DNA of 64,000 bases from Nannocystis bainbridge (GTDB lineage Bacteria; Myxococcota_A; Polyangia; Nannocystales; Nannocystaceae), in contig NZ_JAQNDL010000001.1 in assembly GCF_028368995.1 (NCBI RefSeq), forward strand, positions 1,824,001-1,888,000. Reading direction: 5' to 3'. Of the stretch, positions 9,117 through 20,200 are shown one piece after another. The notes under the pieces are model-generated. The model saw only the letters and a list, made by a program, of their open reading frames with translations, was not told the DNA's origin and did no database searches. The position numbers and the translations under genes were made by a program. How positions within the stretch are numbered: the first letter of the stretch is position 1; the number at the start of each line of letters is the position of its first letter.

Positions 9117-11174
9117 ATGGCGAGCCTCACATACACTCTCCAGGTCCTCGGCGTCGTCCTGGGCACCGCGGCGGTGACGAGCCTGGTCTCGCAACGATTC
9201 GGGCAACCGCCCATCTTCGGCTATCTGCTCGCAGGTGTCTTGCTGGGGCCGCACATGCCGTGGCAGATGATCGCCGGCCCCGGCGGCGAGGCCCTCACGC
9301 ACGCCATGTCCGAATTCGGCGTCATCCTCCTGATGTTCGGCATCGGCATCGAATTCAACCTGCGAAAGATCGCCCGCATCGGCCCGTCGACCGGGATGAC
9401 GGCGCTGTTCGTCGTCGGGCTGATGGTCTCGGGCGGCTACCTGGTCGGTCGAGCGTTCGCCTGGACCAGGGTCGAGAGCCTGTTCATCGGCGGGTGCGTC
9501 GCCATATCCTCGACGATGTTCGTCGCCAAGGCGTTCGAGGATCAGCACCTCGGCGGGGAGTTCACGACGGTCACGGTCGCCATCCTCGTGTTCGAGGATC
9601 TCATCGCGATCCTGTTGCTCTCGGTGCTGACGGCGCTCGCCGCGGGCGCCGGCCTGTCCGCGACTCAGTTCGCGCTGACCCTCGGCAAGCTGCTCGGGTT
9701 CCTCGTCTTGCTGCTCACGGCGGGCCTGCTCGTCGTGCCGCGCTTCGTCCGCCGCATCATCGGACAATATCGGGCCGAGTCCACGCTGATTGCCGGGATC
9801 GCCATCTGCTTCATCACGACCGCGCTGACGTCGGCCGCTGGCTATTCGGTCGCGCTCGGCGGGTTCATGGCCGGACTCCTCGTCGCCGAATCGGGGGAGG
9901 GCGCCCGCGTCGAGCACGTGGTTCGGCCGCTGCGGGACATCTTCGGCGCGCTGTTCTTCATCGCGGTCGGGATGTCGATCGACCCGTCGCGGCTCGTCGC
10001 GCACTGGCTCCCCGTGCTCGCGCTCACCGCCCTCGTGCTCGTCGGGAAGGTCGCCAGCGTCTCGCTCGGCGCGGTCCTGTTCGGTCATGGGCTGCAAACT
10101 TCCGTGCGCGCAGCGATGAGCCTCGCGCAGATCGGCGAATTTTCGTTCATCATCGCCGGGCTGGGCATCGCCTCCGGGGTCACCCGCGAGTTCATCTTTC
10201 CGGTCGTCGTCGGCGTCTCCCTGCTCACGTCCGTGATCACGCCGTGGATGGTGCGGCGCTCCCAGGACGCCGCCGCCGCGCTCGAGGCGCGCCTGCCCGT
10301 CAGGCTGCGCCTCCTGCTGGCGATCTACGTGGCGTGGACCCAGCGCCTGTGGTCCGCCCCGCCGGTGTTCACGGCGAGGGGCCGCCTCGCACGGGACGCG
10401 CTGTTTCTGGTGGTCGACGCGGTGTTGCTCGTCGCCGTGCTCGCGGGATCGAGCCGGGGCCGAGACGCGCTCGAGGCCCTCGTGTCCCGCCGCCTCGCGC
10501 TTCCGGCGACGCTCGTGAGCGTCGTGTGGATCGCGGCGACGCTGCTGTTCGCCGGCCTGTTCTTCGTCGGTGTTCTCCGACGCAGCGCGGCGCTCGCCCG
10601 CACCCTCACGGATGACACCGTGCGCCATCACGAGCCCGACGCGCCGGAGGACCGGCGAGCGCCGTGGTCCGCGCTGACCGTCATGATCGAGCTGGCCGTG
10701 CTCTTCATCGTCGGCGTACCGCTGGTGATCGTCTCCCAGCCGTTCGTCCCCTTCCGTTCGGGCGTGCTCGTCCTGGTGCTGGTCGTCGCCGTCCTCGCTC
10801 ACAAGGTGTGGCAGGGCATCACCACGCTCGAGGAACATACCCATGCCGGCGCCGAGCTCATCGTCCAGGTGCTGGCGCGTCAGGGACGCGAGCCCGTCGA
10901 GGTCGCCGAGCCACCGCAACCAGCGCCCGATCTGCCTGGCTTGGGACGGATCCGCCTCGAGGCGGGCAGCATCGTCGCCCGGAACGGACTCGACCCATTC
11001 GACATTGCGTCGCGCAGCGGCGCGCGAGTCGTCGCCATCGAGCGCGAGGGGGTCGGTGCGCTCCTACCGGCGCCGCGACAACCGCTCGAACCGGCCGACG
11101 TTCTCGTCCTCCTCGGCCCCGAAGCAGCGCTCGCGGCAGCGCGAATCATCCTCCACGCCGACCCGAAGCCTTGA
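9117..11174 (+). CDS. CPA2 cation:proton antiporter with degenerate C-terminal TrkA-C/RCK domain
   Basis: GYLLAGVLLGP, EFGVILLMFGIGIEF, ISST, ILVFEDL, LAQIGEFSFII; C-terminal GARVVAIER...DVLVLLG. Confidence 0.92.
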   Translation: MASLTYTLQVLGVVLGTAAVTSLVSQRFGQPPIFGYLLAGVLLGPHMPWQMIAGPGGEALTHAMSEFGVILLMFGIGIEFNLRKIARIGPSTGMTALFVVGLMVSGGYLVGRAFAWTRVESLFIGGCVAISSTMFVAKAFEDQHLGGEFTTVTVAILVFEDLIAILLLSVLTALAAGAGLSATQFALTLGKLLGFLVLLLTAGLLVVPRFVRRIIGQYRAESTLIAGIAICFITTALTSAAGYSVALGGFMAGLLVAESGEGARVEHVVRPLRDIFGALFFIAVGMSIDPSRLVAHWLPVLALTALVLVGKVASVSLGAVLFGHGLQTSVRAAMSLAQIGEFSFIIAGLGIASGVTREFIFPVVVGVSLLTSVITPWMVRRSQDAAAALEARLPVRLRLLLAIYVAWTQRLWSAPPVFTARGRLARDALFLVVDAVLLVAVLAGSSRGRDALEALVSRRLALPATLVSVVWIAATLLFAGLFFVGVLRRSAALARTLTDDTVRHHEPDAPEDRRAPWSALTVMIELAVLFIVGVPLVIVSQPFVPFRSGVLVLVLVVAVLAHKVWQGITTLEEHTHAGAELIVQVLARQGREPVEVAEPPQPAPDLPGLGRIRLEAGSIVARNGLDPFDIASRSGARVVAIEREGVGALLPAPRQPLEPADVLVLLGPEAALAAARIILHADPKP

Positions 11175-11274
11175 GGCTCGCCCTTCGGCGCACTGGCCCT
11201 GATGCGTGACATCCGGGGCCGCGATGATCGCCCGTCCCGGGCCGGCGTCGTGAAGGCGAGGTCGACGTGCCCGT

Positions 11275-12444
11275 TCAACGCGCCTGCAGCCGGACCCCGC
11301 GGAGGCGCGCCAGCTCGACCGCCGCCTCCGCGTGATCCCACACCGTCGATACCCACGTGTCGCCCTCCACCCGCGACACGAGCGCAGCGACCAGCGCCTC
11401 TGGCGTGTGCGTGGCTTCGAGCGCCAGCGCCAGCGTGCGAGCGCTCGCGGCGTGGCCGATCGTCCCGAGGTCGTCGTCCGCCGCGTACTCGACGTGCACG
11501 ACCACCCCCTGACCCAGCGGCGAGAAGTCGACCGGGGCCGCCAGCATGGCGCTGTGGATCGCCAGCACCCGCAGCGCCGGCAACCGTGACTCGCGCAGGA
11601 ACGCATCGAGCAGCCCCTCGCCCAGGCCCTCGAGCAGCACCTCTTCGAGGCTCTCGCTGACGATCGCCGGCAGCGTCGGCGACAGGCTGTGGACCCCCAG
11701 CTCGACCAGCCGCGGCAGCCCCCGCACCGCCTCCGCGAGCCCGTCCAGCTCGTCGAGCACGACGATCAGCGACTGCAACCACGGCAGCGGATGCCTGGCG
11801 ATCGTCGCCAACCACAGCGCATCGTCGACATCGTGGAGCTGGCGCAGCACCGGCCAGATCGCCGTCTGCGGCAGCGCCTCCGCCTGGTCCGCCGTCAGCG
11901 TCCCCCGCACCAGCAGCGCCCGCTGCCCGATCCACTCCGGCTCCTCGTCCCCCTCGTCGTCGACCACGCTCCCGTACAGCAGCTCCGTCTGCCGATCCCA
12001 GTACGGCGGCTCCACGCTCCCGACCGCCGCCCACGGCGCGTCGTCGACCGTCGCCACGCTCCACACGAGCGGGCGCCCGTCGGGCCAGTGTGTCGGGCGC
12101 TCGCCGCGTTCGAGCCGTCCCACCAGCCAGCACGCCTCCTCCGCGGTCAGCAGGTGCCGCGCCGTCGCCTCGAACGGCTCGCTCCCGCCGTCGAGCAGCT
12201 CGAGGATCTCCGGCGTGTCGCTGGCCCCGAGCGGGCTCTCGCCGTCCATGCGGATCAAGAACCCCGAGCCCACCGCCTCCTGATCCTCGTCGAACCCCGT
12301 CCAGTGGATCGCCGCATACGTCCGTCCGACCTGCACCGCGATCTCGAGGTTGTCCCAATGCTCCCGCGGGTCGGCGAACAGCCGCGCGAGCGCCTCCTCC
12401 GTCCTGCTGCCCGAGTCGCCCCCGTCATCGATCGTCACTGTCAT
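11275..12444 (-). CDS. Hypothetical protein: Imm1-like N-terminus plus leucine-rich C-terminal region
   Basis: N-terminal LEIAV..YAAIHW...LLTAEEA..ERGERP.W resembles Imm1 immunity proteins (recognised by eye); C-terminal LPRLVEL/LPALRVL LRR-like units. Confidence 0.6.
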   Translation of the reverse strand: MTVTIDDGGDSGSRTEEALARLFADPREHWDNLEIAVQVGRTYAAIHWTGFDEDQEAVGSGFLIRMDGESPLGASDTPEILELLDGGSEPFEATARHLLTAEEACWLVGRLERGERPTHWPDGRPLVWSVATVDDAPWAAVGSVEPPYWDRQTELLYGSVVDDEGDEEPEWIGQRALLVRGTLTADQAEALPQTAIWPVLRQLHDVDDALWLATIARHPLPWLQSLIVVLDELDGLAEAVRGLPRLVELGVHSLSPTLPAIVSESLEEVLLEGLGEGLLDAFLRESRLPALRVLAIHSAMLAAPVDFSPLGQGVVVHVEYAADDDLGTIGHAASARTLALALEATHTPEALVAALVSRVEGDTWVSTVWDHAEAAVELARLRGVRLQAR

Positions 12445-12556
12445 GATCTTCTCCACCGGAGGACGACCACGCAATGCGCCTCCATGCTCGCCAGCCGTCC
12501 TTCGACATCCGCCATCCCTCGCACTGTAGCGCGTCCCGGCGCCCTTTGTTGACGGG

Positions 12557-13447
12557 TCACGCCGGTGCCCCGACGAACTTGAAGACCGTGCTGCCGATCT
12601 TCAGGAGGTCGCCGGTGGCCAGGCGCGCCTCCTCGACCTGCTCGTCGTGGACGTAGGTGCCGTTGGTGCTGTGGTTGTCGACGACCCACCAGCCGTCGTC
12701 GCGCGGCTCGAGGCGGGCGTGGCAGCGCGAGACGGAGTCGCTGCCCAGCACGATCGTGTTGTCGAGGCCGCGCCCGACGGTGACGCCCGCCGGGTTCAGC
12801 ATGAAGGAGCGACCGACGAGCTCGGTGTCCAGCGAATAGAGGACCACGAGGGCTTCGACGTGTTTGGGGGCGCCGGGTCCGTACGAGAACAGGCGATCGG
12901 CCCAGTCGCGCACGGGGTCCGGGCGGCCGAGCTGTACGGTCCGGACGCCGCCGTCCGTGAGCGGCTTGGGGATGGCGATGCACTGCCCCGCGAACGCGCG
13001 GACCTCGGCGTCGGCGACGGTCTCGCAGTAATAGACGCGCTCGTTGCATTGCTGGCACATCCGGACCGACTCGCTGTCGGAGGGCGCGAGCGTCTCCCAC
13101 CGCTTGGGGCAGGCGAAGGCGAAGCGGACCCGCGGCGCGGCCTGTCTGGCGCCCTCGCTGCCGCAGTTCATGATCGCTTCGCGCAGCAGCGCGTCGGCGT
13201 AGTCGCGGCCGATCTCGCGCGCCAGCGCGACGAACCGGGTGAGCACGGCGGGGTCGTCGGTCGCCTTTGAATGGAGGGCGACCTCGAGGCGCAGCCACTC
13301 GGCGCGCTCGGGGTCCCTGCCCTCGACGAGCGCCGCGTAGGCGAGACGATCGGCGTCGCCGAGCGTTTGGTCGAACGCTTTGTGAATGAACGGCCGCTCG
13401 TCGTCGAGGCGCAGGTATTCGGCGATGCGACGCGGCTCCTCGGCCAT
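12557..13447 (-). CDS. FHA-domain protein with TIGR02996-like N-terminal motif and Cys cluster
   Basis: RLAYAALVEGRDPERAEWLRLE (TIGR02996-like); CPKRW..CQQC..YYC..C; intact FHA motifs VGR, VSRCHARL, STNGTYV. Confidence 0.85.
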   Translation of the reverse strand: MAEEPRRIAEYLRLDDERPFIHKAFDQTLGDADRLAYAALVEGRDPERAEWLRLEVALHSKATDDPAVLTRFVALAREIGRDYADALLREAIMNCGSEGARQAAPRVRFAFACPKRWETLAPSDSESVRMCQQCNERVYYCETVADAEVRAFAGQCIAIPKPLTDGGVRTVQLGRPDPVRDWADRLFSYGPGAPKHVEALVVLYSLDTELVGRSFMLNPAGVTVGRGLDNTIVLGSDSVSRCHARLEPRDDGWWVVDNHSTNGTYVHDEQVEEARLATGDLLKIGSTVFKFVGAPA

Positions 13448-13731
13448 GATGTGTGAATAGCACGGACGGCCACGGACGGCCTTCACCGCGAAGCCGAGAT
13501 CGACCCTTCACCGGGCCACGCTGTGGCCGGCGCCGCCCGGCCATCGAGACAAGCGGAGGGGTGAAGATGGGCAAGTTCGAGCCACGGGCAACAACACGCA
13601 CGCCGGCGGACCTCCGGTGGCCAGGCCGACGCCGGCGACGATCTCGACGACACGCTCCAGGGTCGTCGCACGCTCCCCTGTCGGCAAAAAGGCTTGAATC
13701 TCCACGCGCGTACGGTACAGAAGGCGCCCGC

Positions 13732-14646
13732 ATGAACGAGGAAGCTGCACCCGCGCGCCGACTCACCCGGGCCGCCCAGCGCAAGCTCAACGAGCTCATC
13801 GCGCAGGGCGTGCCGCTCGCTAGCGCGATGATGCAGGTGCGCGCCGAGCCCGGCGCGTTCGAGCCAATCGCGCCGGCCGAAACACCCGCACCCATCCCGC
13901 GGCCCGCGTGGTCCGGCGATCGCACCGACTGGGAGCGCGCGGTCGAGAAGCTCCAGATCTTGCGTGAGCTCGATCGCGGGTACACGACATTCGGCGCCCG
14001 GACCCACCGGTACCTCCTGCGCCCGACGGCCACCACGCGCCAGCTCGCGGCGATCGAAAAGAAGCTCGGCGCGAAGCTTCCGCCCGGCCTGCACGCGTTC
14101 TATCTCGATGTCGGCGACGGCGGCGCGGGACCCGACTTTGGCCTGTTCGCCGCGGCGGAGCTCAAGGGCCGCCGTCCAGCCACCGCGTACCCGGGGATCG
14201 AGGCGTTGCGCGCGCTCGGCGTGCGCACCGAGGCGCAGCCGCCCGAGCCGACGAGCGCCAACCTGTCGCCGTCGCGGCTGACCGGCATCGTCACGCTCCT
14301 GTTCTCGGGATGCTCGCTCTACTCCGGCGTGGTGTGTACCGGTGACGTCGGGCGCATCGTGCACTGGGACGACGACCGTATCGTCGAGACCGACGACACC
14401 CTCGTCGCCTGGTACGAGCGCTGGCTCGACGACGAGATCGCGCAGTTCAGGCTGGTCGAGCGGCTGCGCGACGAGGGCGCCACGAGCGACGCGCTGGTCA
14501 GCGCGATGAAGCGGCTGTTGCCCCCCGGCATGTCGCCCGCCGCCAAGTCGTCGCGCGCGCGCGAGCTGGTGGATGCGAAGCTCCGCGGGCTCTCGCCGGA
14601 GGAGGCGGACGAGGCGACTGCCGGCGACGGCGAGGTTCAGAGGTAG
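13732..14646 (+). CDS. SMI1/KNR4 (SUKH) family protein
   Basis: FGARTHRY.L.P...IEKKLGAKLPPGLHAFYLDVGDGGAGP.FGL...GC...WYERWLD. Confidence 0.85.
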   Translation: MNEEAAPARRLTRAAQRKLNELIAQGVPLASAMMQVRAEPGAFEPIAPAETPAPIPRPAWSGDRTDWERAVEKLQILRELDRGYTTFGARTHRYLLRPTATTRQLAAIEKKLGAKLPPGLHAFYLDVGDGGAGPDFGLFAAAELKGRRPATAYPGIEALRALGVRTEAQPPEPTSANLSPSRLTGIVTLLFSGCSLYSGVVCTGDVGRIVHWDDDRIVETDDTLVAWYERWLDDEIAQFRLVERLRDEGATSDALVSAMKRLLPPGMSPAAKSSRARELVDAKLRGLSPEEADEATAGDGEVQR

Positions 14647-15254
14647 TGGATGTCGAAGTAGCCGTGGCGGACCGCGGCTGCCCGAGCGCCGCCGAGCGCT
14701 GGCTCGACCGCGGAACGCGACCACGCGCGCTGCGTCGAGCGCCCCGGGTGCATCGCCGGCGGGGCGCCTTCGCCCGCTTCTATCCCGGAGGACAGCTCAT
14801 CCTCGCCTTCGAGTCCGGCCAGCCGTGGTCCGACGCCGGGTCGTACGGCGACCGTTACGGCGGGATCCAGATCATGGCGCCGACCGCAGATCCGCTGCGC
14901 TGGGTCATGGTCGGCCTCGAGTTCGATTACCGCAGCCACGACAAGACCTTCGTCCCTCACGACGTCGTCTGGCACCCGCGCGGCGCCCTCGCGTGGTTGC
15001 ACGAGGGATGTCTCTACGGCCAGGTGCTCGCCCACCCGCGCGGCGAGCTGGACTTCTACAGCTGGCCGCGGCGTGACCAGGAGCTCCCGCTCGAGCTCGT
15101 CCTCGACCGCTGGGGCGACTGGCGCAGCCTCGAGCTCGACGAGGCGGGCCGGATCCTCACCGCCCGCGACGCCGCCGGCTGCGACCGCTACGACCTCGTC
15201 GACGGCCTGCACGCCCGCGACGACGGCGCCTGGGAGCCCCTCGAAGTCGCCTGA
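14646..15254 (+). CDS. Hypothetical protein
   Basis: GTG start overlaps the SMI1 stop codon; aromatic-rich, protein-like 202-aa ORF. Confidence 0.65.
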   Translation: MDVEVAVADRGCPSAAERWLDRGTRPRALRRAPRVHRRRGAFARFYPGGQLILAFESGQPWSDAGSYGDRYGGIQIMAPTADPLRWVMVGLEFDYRSHDKTFVPHDVVWHPRGALAWLHEGCLYGQVLAHPRGELDFYSWPRRDQELPLELVLDRWGDWRSLELDEAGRILTARDAAGCDRYDLVDGLHARDDGAWEPLEVA

Positions 15255-16234
15255 CCGGCATTGTAGCGAGCTGTCTCGAAGGACATCTCGTTCTCGCGCA
15301 GAGCACGCCCGCCACTGCCCTCGCCGCTCCTGTTCCCGCCTGGCGCGACCCGCGGCCCGCGCTCGGCGACCGCCGCCACGAGCCCGACCGCGCAGGCGCA
15401 ACCTCCGGCCCCGTGGCCCGTCGGCGATCGCCAGGAGGTCGCATGTGAGCAGGCCTCGGGCGCGGTGCTCACAATGCGCGTGCAGCGAACGGGATGCGGC
15501 CGTCGCCGAGAAGATTCGACGAGGGGGTAAACGAAAACTCGAGGGTCCGGAGAATAAAGGACAGATTCATGGCTCCCCTGCCCCTCCCGCCCCGGCACCT
15601 CCCCGAGCCTCTGCGCCCGCGCGGAGGTCGTCGTCGCGGGTATCGCGGGCATGGGCGGGTGCTCGCCGACAAACTACGAACGGCCGTTCGTGGACGGCTG
15701 TCTCACCTGCGGCGCGCAGACGGTCACGAGCGTCGTCCCACCGGGTGCGAGCCCGGCCGACAGTCCAACCGGCGCACGTCGTGCAGCCCGCGCGCGGATG
15801 ACTCTGGCGTCAAAGTGGATCTGCGTCGACGGGGTGACATGCGGCACGACAGGCGCACGAGCTCCCGGCCTCCACCCTTTTCAGCTTGGCTTGATCCTTG
15901 GCTTGTTTGCGGACAGGAGGGAGGGCGCAGCGCCGAGGACCGGACCCTCGAATCAGGTCTTCGGCGGCTCGCTCACGCCACGCGAGAATAATAGCACTTC
16001 GGGCCCTCGATTCTCTCCTTCAACTGCCAGTCCCCGCGCCGGCGAACCGCCGCCTGCTCGGTATGTTTCGTCGCGACCGCAATTCGAGCGGTATCGGCGA
16101 GCTGCGGGACCCGAGGGCGGAACGAGGGGTTTCGTCGCCGCGCTGGCGAATGCAGGCAGGACAATCACGTTCGCCCGGCGCATGTCCGTTGCGGTTCTGA
16201 TGGCGGCGAGTTCGGCCCGTGCTACATGCGATGC

Positions 16235-17026
16235 ATGCGTTTTATTTATTCCTGCTTCGCGCTTGCGGTCCTCCTTGCTTGTGAGAACGCAACCACCCAT
16301 CCGCACCTCGACACCTCCACCGATACGGAGAGCGAGGCGCCGGCGAGCACCACCGACTCCGCCGAGCCAGTGACCCCCACGAGCACCTCCGCGACCGAGG
16401 GCGTCGAGCCGCACAGCACCGAGGATTCGACGACCGGTGATACCAGCACCACGGTGTTCCCGGGGACGGGGACCGTCGATCCCGACGAGCCTGCGGAATC
16501 GAGCACGACGCTGTTCGAGAGCGACACCGACGATACCGCCAGCGCGAGCGACACCGACGAACCTCCCGAGGAGACTTCCACGGGCAGCGATCCGCAGTCG
16601 TGCGTGGGCGCGGCGAGCCCGGTCAAGGCCGAGGTCCTCGCCTATCTCGAATCGCAGATCGAAGGCGACACGGGCGGCGAGCCGGGCCGCCTGTACCTGC
16701 GATTCTCCAGCCAGAGCTTCACCTGCGCCGATCCTCACGCCGAGCTCGCGTGCGGCCACAATTGGGACGTGTCGCTGCAGATCCCGGGCGAGTTCCAGGC
16801 CCCCGGCGTCTACGCGCTCGCCGACGGCCCGATCGGCGCGATCGCCCGCTCGAACGACGGCGGCGACGTTTGTCAGGAGGCCGAGGGCGCGGTGTCGGGC
16901 ACGCTCGAGATCGATGCGATCGACGACGCGTCCGTCACCGGCCGGCTCTGCAACCTGCGAGCGTACGGTATCGAGGGACAGATCGTGCTCGATGGCACGT
17001 TCGTGGCGCCGCGCTGCGCGCAGTGA
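16235..17026 (+). CDS. Ser/Thr-rich lipoprotein with Cys-containing C-terminal domain
   Basis: Lipobox LLAC, S/T/E/D-rich linker, C-terminal GTLEIDAI...VTGRLC...DGTFVAPRC. Confidence 0.8.
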   Translation: MRFIYSCFALAVLLACENATTHPHLDTSTDTESEAPASTTDSAEPVTPTSTSATEGVEPHSTEDSTTGDTSTTVFPGTGTVDPDEPAESSTTLFESDTDDTASASDTDEPPEETSTGSDPQSCVGAASPVKAEVLAYLESQIEGDTGGEPGRLYLRFSSQSFTCADPHAELACGHNWDVSLQIPGEFQAPGVYALADGPIGAIARSNDGGDVCQEAEGAVSGTLEIDAIDDASVTGRLCNLRAYGIEGQIVLDGTFVAPRCAQ

Positions 17027-17246
17027 TTACGCGGGCCCACATCGGCCGAGCGCCGCCTCGATCGCGGCGCTCGACGATGCCGCGCTCGGCCGCGCTGTCG
17101 CCGTCGGGTGCAAAGCCAGCCGAATGCCACCGTGGAGCCCTCTCTCCATCATTCGCAAAAATCGTTGCCCCCGGCCCGGAAGTCATGTCACCCGGGCATG
17201 CAGTGAACGGGCGAACGCCCCGAGCTCGGGCTGATAGATTGATCGC

Positions 17247-20200
17247 ATGCCACTATTTATTCCCTCGTCATGCCTCACGCTGCTCGCGCTGCTCGCTGCC
17301 ACGGATGCCACCGGCGCGAGACCCAACTTCGACGTGTGGGCGGCCCACCCCGAGGTGACGCCGACTCCTGTCTCTGGCGATTCCGCGGTCGCCCGCGCGC
17401 CCGGTACGCCCTCGTTGATGTGGATCCCTCGCGGCCAGCCGCAGCCGGCGTCGCGCTCTCCCGAGGCGGCTGCGCGCGCGCAGCTGGAGCGTCACCTCGA
17501 TGCGTATGGCGTCACGCCTGACGTGCTGGCCGGGGCACGGACCCTCTTCGTGCACGACACCGGGCGCGGCGGCATCATCGTCGCCCTGCGGCAGACCGTC
17601 GACGGCATCGACCTCCATCACGGCGACGTCAAGCTGCTGCTCGACCGTTCGCTGCGCCTCCTCGCCGTCTCCGGGTCACTGCACCCCGGTGCGCACCCGG
17701 GCGCCGCGCGACCGTTCGCGTCCGCTCCCGACGCCGCGATCGCGGCGGCCCTGCGCGACCTCCACGGCGTCGCCGTGCCGCTCGTCGAGATCGAGGGGCG
17801 ACATTCGTGGCGACGCTTCGCGGCGGCGAGCGGAGCGACGGCCGGCCAGGGCCTGCGGCTGGTCGCGCCGGCGCGGGCGCGGCCGGTCTACTTCCCGACC
17901 GGCGAGGCGCTCGTCGCCGCCTACCTCGTCGAGCTGCAGACCCGGCTCGGGGCGAGCGACGAGGTGTTTCAATACGTCGTCGCCGCCGCCGACGGCCGGC
18001 TGTTGATGCGCCGCGACGGCACCGTGTATGCCCATCAGTATCGCGTGTACGCCGATCCCGCCGATCGGCGGCCGCTCGACGGTCCGCTCGCCGACTTCAA
18101 CCCCCACCCGACCGGCTTCCCCAACGTCCTCCCGGACGGCTACTCCGACGCCGCGCTCGTCACGGTCGAGGGCCTCAACACCAACCCCGAGGGCGTCTCC
18201 GATCCCTGGCTGCCCGCGAACGCCACCCAGACTGTCGGCAACAACGTCGACGCCTACACCGATCCCCTCGACACCGACCCGGTCGACAATCGTTTTCGTG
18301 CCACCGTCACCGCCCCCGGCGTGTTCGATCGCGCTTACGACTTCACGAAGGCGGCCACCACCAGCGGTGCGCAGATGATGGCCGCGCTGACGCACGCGTT
18401 TTACGTCACCAACTGGCAGCACGACTGGTGGTACGACTCGGGCCTGGTCGAGGCGACCGGCAACGCGCAGTCCGACAATTTCGGGCGCGGCGGCGAGGCT
18501 GACGACCCGATGCTGGTCGAGGTCCTGAACGGGTGGGAGATCGGCCTGCGCAACAACGCCAGCATGTTGATCACGCTCGACGGCGCCGCGCCGCGCCTGC
18601 GCCTGCGCCTGTTCGACGGGATCCGCAAGCTCAGCGACCTTTCGGTGGAATCGCTGGGTCTGGTGCTCGACGGCCAGATCGCCGAGTTCGGGCCCGCGGC
18701 CTACGACGTCACCGCGCCGCTGGTGCTCGCCAACGACGGCGCTGGCGCGGACCTCAACGACGCTTGTGAACCGCTGAACAGCGACGTGAAGGGCAAGATC
18801 GTGCTGCTCGACCGGGGCGAGTGCATCTTCGAGGCCCAGGCCCGGAACGCCCTCAACGCCGGCGCGGTGGGGGTGCTGATCGCCGACGACGTCGCAGCCG
18901 ACGAGCCGGTCGTGCCGCTCGACGACCTCACGGTCCTCAACCCCAACATCCCGACCCTCGGCCTCACCCTCGCCGAGGGCGACATCCTCAAGGCCGCGCT
19001 CGAAGGCCCCGAGTTCACCGTGCACATGGCCGCGGAGGAGGGCCCGACCCGCGACGCGGCCCTCGATTCGCTGCTGATCGCGCACGAGTTCGGCCACTTC
19101 GTGCACAACCGCCTCGGCGACGCGAGCGGCCAGACCTACCTCGCCGCGGGCGAGGGGTGGTCCGACTTCCTCGCCATGCTGATGAGCGTGCGCGAGGGCG
19201 ACGATCTGCACGGCGTGCTCAACTGGTCGCCCTGGGCCTCGATCGACCCGACCCAGTTCTTCAACTCGCGCCAGTACGCCTATTCGACCGACTTCGCCGT
19301 CAATCCGCTGACCTTCCGCCACATCGGCGACGACGTGCAGCTGCCCGAGGGCCCGCTGTTCAGCCCGAACGGCTTGCTCAACAGCCAGCAGCACAACGCG
19401 GGGCAGGTGTGGGCGGAGATGCTGTGGGACAGCTACGTCGCGCTGCAGGAGCTACACGCCGACGACCTCGGGTTCGAGGCCGTCCGGCGCAGGATGTCGG
19501 ACTACGTCGTCGCCGGCATGATGCTCGCGCCGTACGAGCCGACCATCACCGAGCGGCGCGACGCGTTGCTCATGGCGATCTCCGCCACCAGCGAGGACGA
19601 CATGCTCGCGGTCGCCGCGGCCTTCGCCGATCGCGGGGCGGGCACCTGCGCCGAGTCGCCGCCGCGGTGGTCGACGACCTTCGAGGGCGTGGTCGAGGAC
19701 TACGAGGTGCGCGGCCGCGGCGTGTTGCTCGGCGCCAGCTTCGACGACAGCGTCCTCTCGTGCGACGGGGACGGCATCCTCGACGACGGCGAGCGCGGTC
19801 GTGTCGCGTTCGAGGTCTACAATGGCGGCGTCGTGCCTCTCGCCGGCGCGACGGTCGAGATCGTCGATCCGCCGCCGGGCCTGGTGTTCCCCGACGGGCC
19901 CGTCGTGGCCCTGCCCCAGCTCGCGCCGCAGCAGACGAGCCCGCATACGATCGCCGTGGCGCTGGACCCCGGCATCACCGAGCCGACGCGCGTGGCGCTG
20001 CGCGTGCGACTGACGGCCCCCGGTGGTTGCGAGGGGCCGGTCGAGCAGGTCGTGCACGCGACGCTGAGCGCCGACGTCGCGCTCACCGGCGCGAGCGAGG
20101 ACGACGTCGAGGTCGCCGCCGTCTGGACCGCCACCGGCGACTTCGGCGCGTCGGTGTGGGCGCGCGAGTCCGGGCCCGACGGTCACGCGTGGCACGGCAA

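Noticed and set aside
7839-10919. Very long antisense or alternate-frame ORFs (also 34032-36698, 43519-46263, 61232-63376 and many others)
   Set aside because: Shadow ORFs typical of high-GC DNA: they are Arg/Gly/Pro-rich, lack motifs and overlap well-supported genes.
15260-16220. ~1-kb gap with ORFs 15494-15991 and 15651-16373
   Set aside because: No recognisable domain, RBS or RNA structure; probably regulatory or degraded sequence.
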